The notes under the pieces were generated by a model. That model had not been told where the DNA came from. It ran no database searches and saw only the letters and a list, made by a program, of their open reading frames with translations. Positions 44,128-55,985 of a stretch of 64,000 nt of DNA are shown piece after piece (position 1 is the stretch's first letter; each line of letters opens with the position of its first letter). Where the stretch lies: NCBI RefSeq assembly GCF_006345805.1, contig NC_043002.1, forward strand, positions 24,986,001 to 25,050,000. The letters are read 5' to 3'. Origin of the DNA: Octopus sinensis. Its lineage: Eukaryota. The translations under genes were made by a program, and so were the position numbers.

Positions 44128-46147
44128 CTTTTGTGCCAGGCAGAAGCACCACTGATGTTATATTTCTGGTAAGGCAACTGAAGGAGAAATATCTAGCCAA
44201 AAATAAACCTCTGTACTTGGCTTTTGTTGACTTGGAGAAAGCCTTTGACAGGGTCCTCCTATCTCTTATCTGGTGGCTAATGCGGAAACTAGGGATAAAT
44301 GAGTGGTAGGTAAGAGCTGTACAAGCTCCATACAGGGATGCTGTCAGTAAGATGAGGGTTGGCAATGAGTATAGTGAAGAATTCCGGGTAGAAGTAGGGG
44401 TTCACCAAGTATCAGTCCTCAGCCCCTTCTTATTCATTATAGTCCTCCAGGCAATAACAATTCAAGACAAGCTGCCCCTGGGAGCTCCTATATGCTGATG
44501 ACCTTACTCTAATAGTCGAGTCACTACCAGGACTAAAGACAAAGTTTAGGGTGTGGAAGCAAGGTCTAGAATTGAAGGATCTTAGGGTTAACCTAGTAAA
44601 AACCAATGTCTTAGTAAGTAGGAAGGCTGTCAAATCACAAATCCCTTCAAGTAGATGGCTCTACTTGATCTGTAGGTAAGGCGTGGATAGAGACTCCATA
44701 AGATGTACCCGGTGTAAGCTATAGACACATAAGAGGTGCAGCTATATCAAAGGAAGGTTAACTGGGAAGATAGTTTTTGTGTGTGGCAAATGCTCAGCGG
44801 TAATAAACACTGAAGATGTACAGAAAACTGATGCCAGGGGGAAAAACTAGAAGTAGTTAATAGTTTCCGCTTCCTAGGTGACCAAGCCTGTAGTGTGGGT
44901 AGTTGCTCTGAGAGTGTAGTGGCTCGAATAAGAATAGCTCCTACCTCTGCTGGCAACTAAGGGCCTCTTGCTCAGGATGAAAGTAGACTGTATGATGCAT
45001 GTGTGCGAACTGCCATGCTGCACAACAGTGAAACATAGACCATGACTGCTGAGGACATGTATAAACTTGAAAGCTATGAAGCTAGTATGATATGCTGAAT
45101 GTGTAATGTCAGTGTGCATACATGACAGGGTGTAAGCACTCAGAGAGAAAAGATGGACATAAGAAGCATCAAATGTGTTGTGTATGAGAGACGACTGTGC
45201 TAGTACGGTCATGTGTTATGTATGGATGAGGACAGCTGTGTAAGGAAGTGCCACTCCCTAACTGTGGAAGAGGTAGACCCAGGAAGACATGGGATGAGGT
45301 GGTGAAGCATGACCTTTGAACATTGGGCTTCACAGAGGCAATGACAGGAGACCGAGACCTTTGGAGATAATCCATGATTGAGAAAACCCAGCAACTAAAG
45401 TGAGATCACAGTCATGACTGATACCAGTGTTGCATGTCTGGCCATTTAAGAGTACCCCTGATGTGTCAGGCAATATGATATACTTGAGAAGGCCTGTTGA
45501 GTCAAGTAAAGCCAAAATCGTTGCAATGGCCAGTACCCCCTGACTGGCTTCTATTCCAGTGACATGTAAAATGCCTCATCCGAACGTGGTCGATGCCAGT
45601 GCTGTCTGACTGGCTCCAGTTCCGGTGGCACATAAAAGGTACCATCTGAATGTGGATGATGCCAGTACCCCTTGGCTGGCTCTTGTGCCAGTGGCACATA
45701 AAAAGCTTTATCTGATTATGATTGATGCCAGGATCACCTGAGTGGCTCTCATGCCGGTGGCACGTAAAAAGTACCATCAAAACATGGATGATACCAGTAT
45801 TCCCTGACTGCCTCCCATGCTGGTGGCATGTAAAAAGCACCATCCAAACATGGCCAATGCCAGTACACTCTGACTGGCTCCCGTGCCGGTGACATGTAAA
45901 AAACACTATCCGAATGTGATCGATGCCAGGCCCTACTGACTGGATCCTGTGCTGGTGTCACATAAAAAGTACCCACTACACTCTCGGAGTGGTTGGCATT
46001 AGGAAGGGCATCCAGCTGTAGAAACCATGCCAGATCAGTTTGGATCCTGGTGCAGCCGCTAGCTCTCCAAACCTCAGTCAAACCGTCCAACCCATGCCAG
46101 CATGGAAAACGGACGTTAAACGATGATGAAGACAAAGATGATGATGA
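44128..46147 (+). mobile_element. Degenerate 5'-truncated RTE LINE with seven ~66-bp 3' UTR modules, inserted in the nad5 NUMT
   Basis: FVPGRSTTD, EKAFDRV and YADD remnants. (GAT)n tail. nad5 resumes at ~46149. Confidence 0.9.
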
Positions 46148-47132
46148 TTTATTAGATTAATTTAAGGATGAGATGGCTTAGGGTTGGTTTCATTTTTAAT
46201 TATTTATTATCAGAATAATAAGTCATTGTGAGCTCGAATATTAACACTATTGATAAATTAAGTTGGAGATTGTTTAATTTTAGCTGGTATTAGGATTATG
46301 GCATTATTAGAGCATTTGAATTTATTTATGCATTTGATATTTTTGGTTTTTCAATATTTGTACAGTTATTGTGGTTATAAATAAGAGGGCTCAAATTCTG
46401 TTTAGAAGTTGGTTGCCCCAACCCCTATATCTCTTTACTGCATTTATGTACTTTAGTTATGGCTTGTTATGATTCAGTTTTATTATTGTTTAATTGAATT
46501 AGAATATTTTTGTAATTTTATAATCTTTATTTCTATCATAACTACTTTTATATCAGGAGTTTGTATGATTTTTCAATAATATAAAGAAGATTATTGCATT
46601 GTCTAATTTTATTTGATTGGGTGAGTTGTAGATTTAGCACATTGGTTTGTTTAATTTCTAGGTCAGTGTGTATTTTTAGGGTTAGATATATAAAGAGGTA
46701 TAATGATTATTTCTTTATTGTTTTGTATATTTCTTTATTAAGAGGTATAATGATATCATTAAGAAAGAAAGAGCCTATATTCGCTTTATTTCATTTATAT
46801 ACTCATGCTATATTTAAAGGTTTATCATTTTTATGTGGCAGGAAATACTATCCATTGCTATAGTGGGGTTCAAGATATTTGAGATGTTAAAGGAATTAGA
46901 TATAATTTACCTTTTACTAATATTGTTCTTAACATTTCAAATATAGCATTATGTGGGTTTCCTTTTTTTAGCTGGATTCTATTCAAAATATTTTATTATT
47001 GAGGTTTTATCAAGTAAGAATATAAAGTTATTGATGGGGTTAATTGATAAATTTGGAGTGTGTTTAACTATGTTATATCTAATGCGAATATCTATTTATA
47101 TTGTGTAGGGGTGGGGATGTAAAAGGGTCAAA

Positions 47133-47448
47133 AGTGTAAAAATCCCATGGGGTTGTACTTAGAAAGTTATCCTCTGAGGCACAAGTCCAGGCAAGGTTGT
47201 TTATGGAAGACTAGCAATTACCCATGCATACCAGCCTATCCTCTCCACACCACTGATATTATCCAAGGGAAAGGCAAAGACTGATATAGCTTGGCACCAT
47301 TGACATCACAACTCATTTCTACAACTGAGTGAACTGGAGCAATGTGAAATAAAGTGTCTTGCTCAAGAACACAACTCACAGTCCGGTCCAGAAATTGAAT
47401 TCACTACCTCATGATTGTGAGCCTGACACTCTAACCACTAAGCCATGT
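47133..47448 (-). mobile_element. tRNA-derived CORE-type SINE
   Basis: Head tggcttagtggttagagtg and core-like tgtgttcttgagcaagacactttatttcacattgctccagttcactcag. Confidence 0.85.
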
Positions 47449-47494
47449 AAAGAGTATAGTTTATTAAAATATAGATGATGATGATTTATTTGTC

Positions 47495-47834
47495 GCTTTT
47501 TAGCCCCAGGAGATCATCGTCTCCAGCTGGCTTTAGACACACTTTCTGTGCCCTTGAAGTATTTGCAAAGGGAGGCCATCCCTTCCCCGTAAGCCTGAGT
47601 GATACGCACGGACCGGTTTCGAGATTATTGTCTCTTATCAATGGGCGGTAACCACCAGGTCACGATGAAAGACAAGGCCTGCTTTGCAAATATATAAGAG
47701 TTTTTCTAGTGACGTCTGCCACTGATTTCGAAAAACTGACTGTAAGCATTATTAAATCTCAGAGCGAGATGTAAACAGTAACCGCTCGACATTGTCGAGC
47801 GGTTACTGTTTACATCTCGCTCTGAGATTTAATA
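47495..47834 (-). mobile_element. 340-bp insertion with 14-bp TSD atgatttatttgtc, probably a non-LTR 3' end, with a terminal palindrome
   Basis: TSD at 47481-47494 and 47835-47848. Family not identified. Confidence 0.65.
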
Positions 47835-48281
47835 ATGATTTATTTGTCATTATATCAATATTAATTTTGTGTATTGGAGCATTGTTTTGGAGATTTGTGT
47901 TACAAAATATGGTGATTTGTTTTAATGAAGTTATTGTTTTGCCTATAATATATAAAATACTTGTGACTATATTATCGATATTTTCTTTATTGCTGTCATT
48001 TAGGAAGTGAATAAAAGAAATGGGAGAAATTATAAGTAGATTAATATATTGGTGAAATAGAAAGCTATGATTTAAATCTTTTTTTTAAGTGGTTACCTAT
48101 TTTTAACATTAATGAAGAATGTTGGGAATATAAACTGAGAGGCGAAAGGTTGGTTAGAGATATTAAGAGGTCAAGCATTATGTATGATAATTAAGAAGAT
48201 TATATAATTAATAGAATGATGAATAGTTGTTTTTATTTAATATTAATATAAGTATTGCTATTTTTATAGTAATTATGATTT

Positions 48282-48561
48282 GCTTAAATAACTTAAATAA
48301 AGAGTGACATTGAAAGTCTCAGTATATATCTTTAACCCTTTTGATACCAACCTGGCTGAAGCCAGCTCTGGCTCTGAGTACAAATGTCTTGTTTCCATAT
48401 GTTTTGAATTAAAATCTCTCACCAAACCTTAGTCACAATTTATGTTCCTAACACTTACTTAATGATAACTAAGTTATTTTACTAAATTCTTTGTTATATT
48501 TAAAGTAATCGAAAGAAACACAGAGCATCTCAAAATAAATACAGTAACAAAAGGGTTAAGT
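48282..48561 (+). pseudogene. trnF: NUMT: mitochondrial tRNA-Phe pseudogene split by a MITE
   Basis: Acceptor gcttaaa/tttaagt and anticodon arm tgaca-ttGAAag-tctca. Directly follows nad5. Confidence 0.8.
48336..48555. mobile_element. piggyBac-like MITE (220 bp)
   Basis: TTAA TSD at 48332-35 and 48556-59. TIR CCCTTTTG(A/T)TAC. Confidence 0.85.
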
Positions 48562-48617
48562 AGTAGTATTTTAGTGGTAGCATATATCTTTAAGTAGGAA
48601 TAAATGTTTTGTAAATA

Positions 48618-48945
48618 TTATCAATTGATGATTATCAGAATCTAAAGTAATTAATAAAGGAAAAAACTAAGCTTGATTAATGGCAATACCAATTTTGAAA
48701 ATAAATAACCAACTTGAATTAACAGGACAATTGATGCTGTGAGAATACAAATGTTAATTAAAGAAATATGACAAAAAAATTACCAATTAAAGTTAAAATA
48801 AGATGGCCAGCTCTAATATGTGCAGTGATTCAAATTGTGAGAGTTATGGTTGAATGCTGATACTTATAATTTAAACCAAAGGGAGGATAGGAATTAAAAG
48901 ATAAAGTATTTCAGATGGTAAAAGAAAAGCAAAGGATGAATATAT
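48618..48945 (-). pseudogene. atp6: NUMT: atp6 3' part
   Basis: LTIWITAHISAGHLILTLIG...IQVGY...QA...LLIT..DNH, convergent on trnF. Confidence 0.88.
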
Positions 48946-49299
48946 ATTGTCTGTCTGTCTGTCTTCTCATCTTCATCATTATTTAAGAACCTTTTTCCAT
49001 GCTAGCACGGGTTGGATGGTTTGGCAGGAGCTGTCCAGACTTTAATTGTCTGAAAATATTTTCAAATCTGTTTCTCTATCTTTGTTACCATAAAGGCTTC
49101 TCCCATGGTTTTCACATTGAAACACCAATTGCCTAAAAGTAGACTGGAACAGGTGTTGAGGTGTCCGCACTTGCATGGGAAAACATTTAAACATGCAAGT
49201 GCTGGATAGGATAATATCTCTCACACAAAGGAGAGGTGCCTGAATTTTTAAGAGGTAAATGTTGGGACAATATCTGGTTTGACTTTCAACTGTGAAGAT

Positions 49300-49610
49300 G
49301 TGTGGCTTAGTGGTTAGGGTATCCGGTTCATGAACTTAAGGTCATGAAAACCTGTGGTGCATTGTGATCTTGAGCAAGACACTATTTTACATTGTTCCAG
49401 TCCACTCAGCTGGCAAAAGGGAGTAGTATCAGTAATTGAAAGGGCTAGCCTTGTCACACTCTGTGTCACGCTGAATTGCCCTGAGAACTCCATTAAGGGT
49501 ACACGTGTCTGTGGAGTGTTCAACCACTTGTATGTTAATTTTGCAAGTAGGCTGTTCCGTTGTTTGGATTGACTGGAACCCTTGTCATCGTAATCGACTG
49601 AGTGCCAATA
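49300..49610 (+). mobile_element. CORE-type SINE
   Basis: tggcttagtggttagggt head, gatcttgagcaagacact core, and tail shared with 14380-14552. Confidence 0.8.
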
Positions 49611-50149
49611 ACTTTCAACTAGTTATCATTATCATCACTAGCTTAAAATATCTTTTTTTTCTATGATCACAACAATACATATAGGACACAATAGCTTCCA
49701 TATAATCTAAAACCCAATTAACAAGTGCACTTTCCATATGGAGATCTTAAGTATATATGGCAGAATTCCTTTAATTAATTATATTAAATTAAATTTATTT
49801 TTAGTAAATCTCTTTTAATACATAGATGAAGCTACATTAGAACACTCAGATATACTTTGGCCTAGTTTAATACAAACACACACACACGCACACAAATATA
49901 TCAAACACTGATAAAAAAACGAATATAAATGTGAATAACAATAATATAAATATACTCGGAACACCAAAATACACATAAATCAATATCAAATAATAATGTT
50001 TCTTGTATATTGATAGCTATGAATCAAGTAAATCCATCCCCCCAAAATAAGGGAAATAGCAACCGTAAAACAGGGAAAATATGTAATTGTAGGGATACTG
50101 ATTCATGCCTGCTTGAAGGATTTTGCCTCCACTAAAATGTGGTATGTAA

Positions 50150-51000
50150 ATGCACTGTAATATCAGATAAATAGCATGCTAGAACTTATATAGGTAGTAC
50201 CATAGACTTCAAAAAAGATACAGAACTCATTTAAATTCTTTTACTAACATTAAATATAAAAATTCAACAACTCTCGCCTCCTGTATACATAATCTAAGAG
50301 AATAATATTAATTTCAAAATGTGGTCTATAATAGCAAACACCCTCCCCTATAAAGTCATTATGGATAAATGAAATTCATGCATTAAGGAATCTTACATTA
50401 TTCTTAGATCATATAATTCGGGTATATTAAATAAATTTTCCGATACGATTTATTCATGTACTCACAAATTTCATTCAGCCTTCATGAAGCTCCATAAAGC
50501 GCAGTTTGATAAATAGCGACTTTTGCACTCTAATTTCTCTTTTATCATTCATTATTACCCAGAATACTTCATAATATATAATAATAATAACATATTTATA
50601 ATTTCTTTAAATTTCTGTTTTCCCATCATGCCTAACCATGTCAGTATAAAAATAGTCAATATCTAACCTCATAACTGGGGACCAGCATAACGTAACCTTA
50701 AATGAAATTTCCTTACTCTATATCTTCTTTTGAACTTTGCTCTCTATTTTCCTGATGAAGAGAACATTGTCTATACGTGAATTATAAAATTCACAACTTA
50801 CCAGAACAAATAGCCTCCTGAAACGGATGTAGAAATACCTCTTACTTGTTATTATAACCTGTTATATCATATATTTTTTTTAGAACTCTTAAAACAAATA
50901 TATTTCTCTGAGTTTTAAATTCTTCATTAAGGTTTCTCACTGCTGCCAATGTAATTTCTAACTTTTAATTTTTAATAAGACTTTCTTATATTCACTATAT
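50150..51000 (-). pseudogene. Very old LINE endonuclease remnant (RTE-like)
   Basis: Scattered motifs only (AVRNL, NNVRFLN, IIDHIL). Confidence 0.3.
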
Positions 51001-51679
51001 CATTCCACATATCAAATTTTTTCTTGCTTATATTTTCATGTATATTCTTATTCCATATATTTCTTATTTTTATTATATTCTTAAATAATACTTTTAATAT
51101 GTTCTGAATGTCTTAATGTATTTGTTGTATTAAAGTATGTCATAAATACAAGATAATTATCTAATTTTTGTTTCTTCTTTGAATTATGTTATTTATTATT
51201 TAGTGTCTCAGTTTCAACCTGAGCACTTTGAAGCAATTCTATAAGATTTTAAAGAAAAAGCAATATAATTATATATATAAATAGGAGGGAGTGGTTTTAT
51301 GTATTTGTTAACAGTTAAATAGCTTATTGTTACACAAGTCACCAGGGTATCTCCCTGTGGTGTCCTACTAAACTTCCCACAAATCACACTCAACCATCCC
51401 ATACATATATATAATTATATTGCTTTTGGAGCTAAACAAAAATAACAGAAATAATTTGCCTTAAACATTTTTTGAATAGTTTTTTTGTACTCATTTGACC
51501 AGAACTGTTTTGTTTTTCGCATTTAAGCAGCGAACTAACAACCATTCTCTGCAAGGAAATTTTGACCATTTATGTTTTTATTCACATAGATTACCATACA
51601 TTATACATTACAGATGTGTAATGGAAGACAACTTTCATGATATACCTTTCTCTTTTGATTAAATACGATTTATTGTACC

Positions 51680-51730
<51 letters not shown>

Positions 51731-51799
51731 CTGGGCTCAAATCTCATTTGTGAACCCATGGAAAACGAACCTCCACCAACTATTCTGCCTTTATGTCTG

Positions 51800-52040
51800 T
51801 GCACACCTTTCAATGCAACGTGTGCTAGAAGGTTTGCAAATCTAACAGAGGCCTCAAATGACATTTTAAGATGCATAAAAATCAGAACTTATCTGCAGCT
51901 CTTGTTGGTCCAAACTGTATGTGCAATCTATGTGGGTATCTTTTCAAAACATTATCTGGTTTAAAAAGCCACATCAGATGCCATGATGGTTCTAATGTGT
52001 AGGTACAAGAGGTGGTCAAACTCTGCATAAAGAGTAGACG
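51800..52040 (+). mobile_element. 3' end of an RTE-type LINE with C-terminal C2H2 fingers
   Basis: FQCNVC*KVCKSNRGLK*HFKMH and CNLCGYLFKTLSGLKSHIRCH, followed by a short hairpin 3' end. Confidence 0.6.
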
Positions 52041-52754
52041 GAAATATGCCGTGCGTGAGAAGACCTGGCAAGCCAAATGAAACCATAATCTCATGGCCTA
52101 TGCCAGGGGTGTAACCAGCCCACTTATGCGTTACCTTTTCCTTCTTTGGACACTAAAACTCTGCTTGCGAAGACTTGTTGAGGCAAGTGAAATCAATCAA
52201 TCAAAAGCAAAATCAAATTCGATGACTGGCGTCCGTGCTAGCAGGGTGCAAAGAGCACTATATGAGTGTGATCATTGACAGAGTGGCTAACTGGCTTCTG
52301 TGCCAGTGGCACTTAAAGGGCACCATTGGAGCGTGATTGTTACCAGCATCGCCTTACTGGTACTTGTGCCCGTGCTAGTAGGGTGCCAAGAGCACCATCC
52401 GAGCATGATTGTTGCCAGAGCAGCCTACTGGCTTCCATGCCAGTGGCATGTAAAAGGGCACCATTCGAGTGTGATCATTACCAAAGTCGCTTTACTGGCA
52501 CTTGTGCATATGTAAAAGGATTCGAGCGAGGTCGTTGTCAGTACTGCCTGACTGGCTCCTGTGCCGGTGGCACGTAAAAAGCACCCACTACACTCTCGGA
52601 GTGGTTGTTGTTAGGAAGGGCATCCAGCGGTAGAAACTCTGCCAAATCAAGATTGGAGCCTGGTGCAGCCATCTGGTTTACCAGCCCTCAATCAAAATCA
52701 TCCAACCCATGCTAGCATGGAAAGCGGATGTTAAATGATGATGATGATGATATG

Positions 52755-52803
<49 letters not shown>

Positions 52804-53085
52804 GAATATATATGTATTTGCATATATATATATCATCATCATCATTGTTTAACGTCCGTTCTCCATGCTAGCATGGGTTGGACGGTTCGACCGGGGATCT
52901 GGGAAGCCAGAAGGCTGCACCAGGCTCCAGTCTTATCTGGCAATGTTTCTACAGCTGGATGCCCTTCCTAACGCCAACCACTCCGTGAGTGTAGTGGGTG
53001 CTTTTTACGTGCCACCTGCACAGGTGCCAGGCGAGGCTGGCAACGGCCACGGTCGGATTGGTGTATTTTACGTGCCACATACTGC
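52040..53085. mobile_element. Two RTE 3' ends, tail-to-tail (52040-52750 plus; 52832-53085 minus) around an (AT)n tract
   Basis: Family 3' terminal sequence and (GAT)n/(ATC)n tails face each other. Confidence 0.85.
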
Positions 53086-53103
53086 GTTTCAAATTACTAA
53101 TGA

Positions 53104-54045
53104 TGTAACATTTCTTTATTTTATATAAAAACTACTCTATTAGTTAGTTTGCAAACAAACTAATAGCGACAAGAATACATTTATCAAAGGTTTATTACTT
53201 TACATACATCAGGGCTTAAGTCGCCAGTTATTTCTGTTTAGTTGATTCAGATTCGTTTAACACACACTGCTGACATTCTTTTGCTCTTCTTCTCCCACCA
53301 GAAGTCTCTTTCGCTGCTGACCTACTTCCTAGCTAACCCACAGCAAAGTTCTTGTCTACAGTTCGTCTGTCGTGAATCCTGCCCTGCATACCTCCTCCAC
53401 CAGAAATATTACTGGAAACGGGAACGTGTTTTAATTGTCCTGCCCATGCCTGTGGTTACTCGATTATTTAGTGACTGTTCTTTGTCAATGGTTGGTGTGA
53501 TCTGCCTAGGGCAACCCCTGTTTGGTGGCTGGGCTACCAATATTGAGATGGGCCAGTTTCAATCTATCGATGGAGATTGTGTCTTGTCCGTCAATTAGTA
53601 GTTGGAATGTTTTATCTTCTGGATGTATGACTTCATATGGACCGTTGTAGAGTGACTGGAGGAGTATGTGTCATGCGTTATGTTGAATGAACCCAAAGTT
53701 AGCCACACGAAGATCATTTGGTACAGATGATCTGGGTGTACCGTGTGTTGACATAGGAACAGGGCACAACTGGCCCACGCTGTCTCTCTGTTGTGCAAGG
53801 TATCTTTTGACATCTGGGTCTGACTTCGTATTTGGAAGGAACTCTCCTGGCACTGTACACCATTTCCATGGAGGAAGAGTTGAGATTTTCTTTTGAAGCA
53901 TTGCAGATTCCCAGTATCACCCATGGGAGTTGGTCAATCCAATTTGGCCCATTAAGTCTGGTTGTCAGGGATTCCTTCAGGCGGTGGTGAAATATCTCCA
54001 CTAATCCATAGGCCTGTGGATGGTAAGCTGTTTGTATATTTGGAA
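53104..54045 (-). mobile_element. Gypsy remnant: integrase C-terminal part, PPT and 3' LTR (~53104-53388)
   Basis: AYHPQAYGLVEIFHHRLK...WIDQLPWVILG, YNGPYEV and ISIDRLK. TG...CA LTR after a purine tract. Confidence 0.8.
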
Positions 54046-54686
54046 TCTACATGATATAACACATATTTGTAGAAAATTTCATTAGAAAAAATCCATTTGT
54101 CTGAAAGTTATATTCATCCAAATTCGAGGGGAGGAGGTCAGAAATCTGTTATGCCATACACACACACACACACACACACACAGATGAAACGAAGAGACAC
54201 TTGGAAATGATATGGAGATACATACTGAAATAAATAATATGTCAGGAAGGGTTTCCGCACGGTTTCCGTTCAACATACCCCCACCTGCAATATGTTAGCC
54301 AACCCTACGCTAAACTCAAGATGCTGAATTTTGGGATCCAATAGCAGAATTAGTCGTGCGATGGATCAAATGTCGAGAGGTCTTCGATTACATTCCTTTT
54401 TTTTTTCTGAGCTCAAATATTATCTAACTCTTCATCTTTCCAGTGGTTGATAAAATAAATACCAGTTGAATATTTGGGACGAATTAATCGACTATCTACC
54501 CCCACGAGTTTATGTCTTTGTATCAAAAATCAAAATCAAAATCATCGCTACATTCAACAGCTCTTAGAAAAATGTCAATAGAGGACTAAAGGAATTTGGG
54601 CTGACATTCTTGAATCACTGAAACGAAGTAAAGAGTTATTAAATTCTAAAAATCAGTAAAAAAAACTCCATGACCAATGAAAGGAC

Positions 54687-54893
54687 AGTACAAATTTTGG
54701 CGTAACTTCGGTATAGGTATCGGAAATACCGGATACATTTCAAGAAAGTGTTTTTTTATATATATATATATATATGGGGGGGGGGGTTAGGGTTAGGGGT
54801 GGGAGAAAAGGGTTTCTATTATCTTCAGAAATGTAAACAAAGCCACTTCCGGTAGTTACGGTACCTATACCGAAGGATCGCCCAAATTTTTCT
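54687..54893. mobile_element. MITE-like element with imperfect ~30-bp TIRs
   Basis: Perfect core cttcggtataggta (54706-19) and tacctataccgaag (54862-75). Internal ggttagggttagg. Confidence 0.6.
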
Positions 54894-55464
54894 GTTTCAT
54901 ACTTTTGTACAATGATTCTGCTTTTTATACGACAGGGTAAATAAAATTCTGCATTGTTCATAATTTGTCTTAAGTTACGAGTAGTTTGGTCTGTACTTCC
55001 GGTCAGCCATAACATGCTGTATTCTGATTTCGCCTTGTTAAATCTTATGTTGGACACGGATACAGAGTCGTTGGTAAAGATAATGACTATCTAATGGGAA
55101 TACAGAAGGAATACGTTACTGTATATCTGTGTAATATATTTATTGTTAAGAGAAAATACGTTATGTTGAGGTAAGATAACTTTGTTTGATGTTTGTTTGC
55201 AGTTAGTCTTAGTGCTGTTGTACATTGTACTTGGGTGGTGTGTTACGTGAAGACAGATATTCCGTTTAGTAAGTATTATTGGGATGCTTTAAATTGATGA
55301 GAGTGTGTTATCGGGAATTGAAATAATTGCTCAGCTGAATGTACTTAATTAGCTAAGAATATTTATATACACAATAGATTATGTTATACAGTGTGTGGTA
55401 TAATAACATAATTGTTTATGGCAGTTAAAGGGACACTATCGTGCTTATTCACTTGACACAAACA

Positions 55465-55985
55465 TTGAGCTGGGTGGTATGGCTGAATCGTTAGAGCACC
55501 TGTTATGGCCCTTTAGGTCCTGAAATCAGACCCTGTCGAAGCCACCTTGTCCTTTTATCCATCCGTAGTTGATGGAATAAAATCTAGCATTCCGTCAGTT
55601 ACGACGACGAGGGTTCCAGTTGATCCGATCAAAGAACAGCCTGCTCGTGAAATTAACGTGCATGTGACTGAGCACTCCACAGACACGTATACCCTTAAAG
55701 TAGTTCTCTGAGAGATTCAATGTGACAAGGCTGACCTTTTGAAATACAGGTGCTTCTCATTTTTGCCAGCTAGGTGGACTGGAGCAACGTGAAATAGTGT
55801 CTTGCTTAAGGACACAACGCGTCGCCTGGAATTGAACTCACGACCTTACAATTGTGAGCCAAATACTCTAACCACTAAGCTATGCGCCTTCAGTTGATGG
55901 AATAAAAATCAATCATATAGCTAGTCAATGTAATCAACTTCACCCGTCCCCAAATTTGGGTTTCTCAAGCCTATGTGAGAAATTG
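55465..55985. mobile_element. Nested SINEs: CORE-type SINE (~55588-55890, minus) inside a degenerate tRNA-SINE (plus)
   Basis: 16-bp TSD agttgatggaataaaa at 55567-82 and 55892-907. Confidence 0.8.

Larger units (their letters stand above)
46149..48275 (+). pseudogene. nad5: NUMT: nad5 middle and 3' part (interrupted at ~47133-47448 and 47495-47834)
   Basis: GWDGLGLVSF..IYYQNNK, KSAQILFSSWLP, KKIIALS, FHLYTHAMFK and SNMALCGFPFLAGFYSK. Confidence 0.92.

Noticed and set aside
45505-45985. CRISPR-like look of conserved motif plus variable spacer arrays (also 22618-22900 and 36186-37520)
   Set aside because: Spacers are mutually homologous, the arrays lie within RTE 3' UTRs, and there are no cas-like ORFs in a eukaryotic context.
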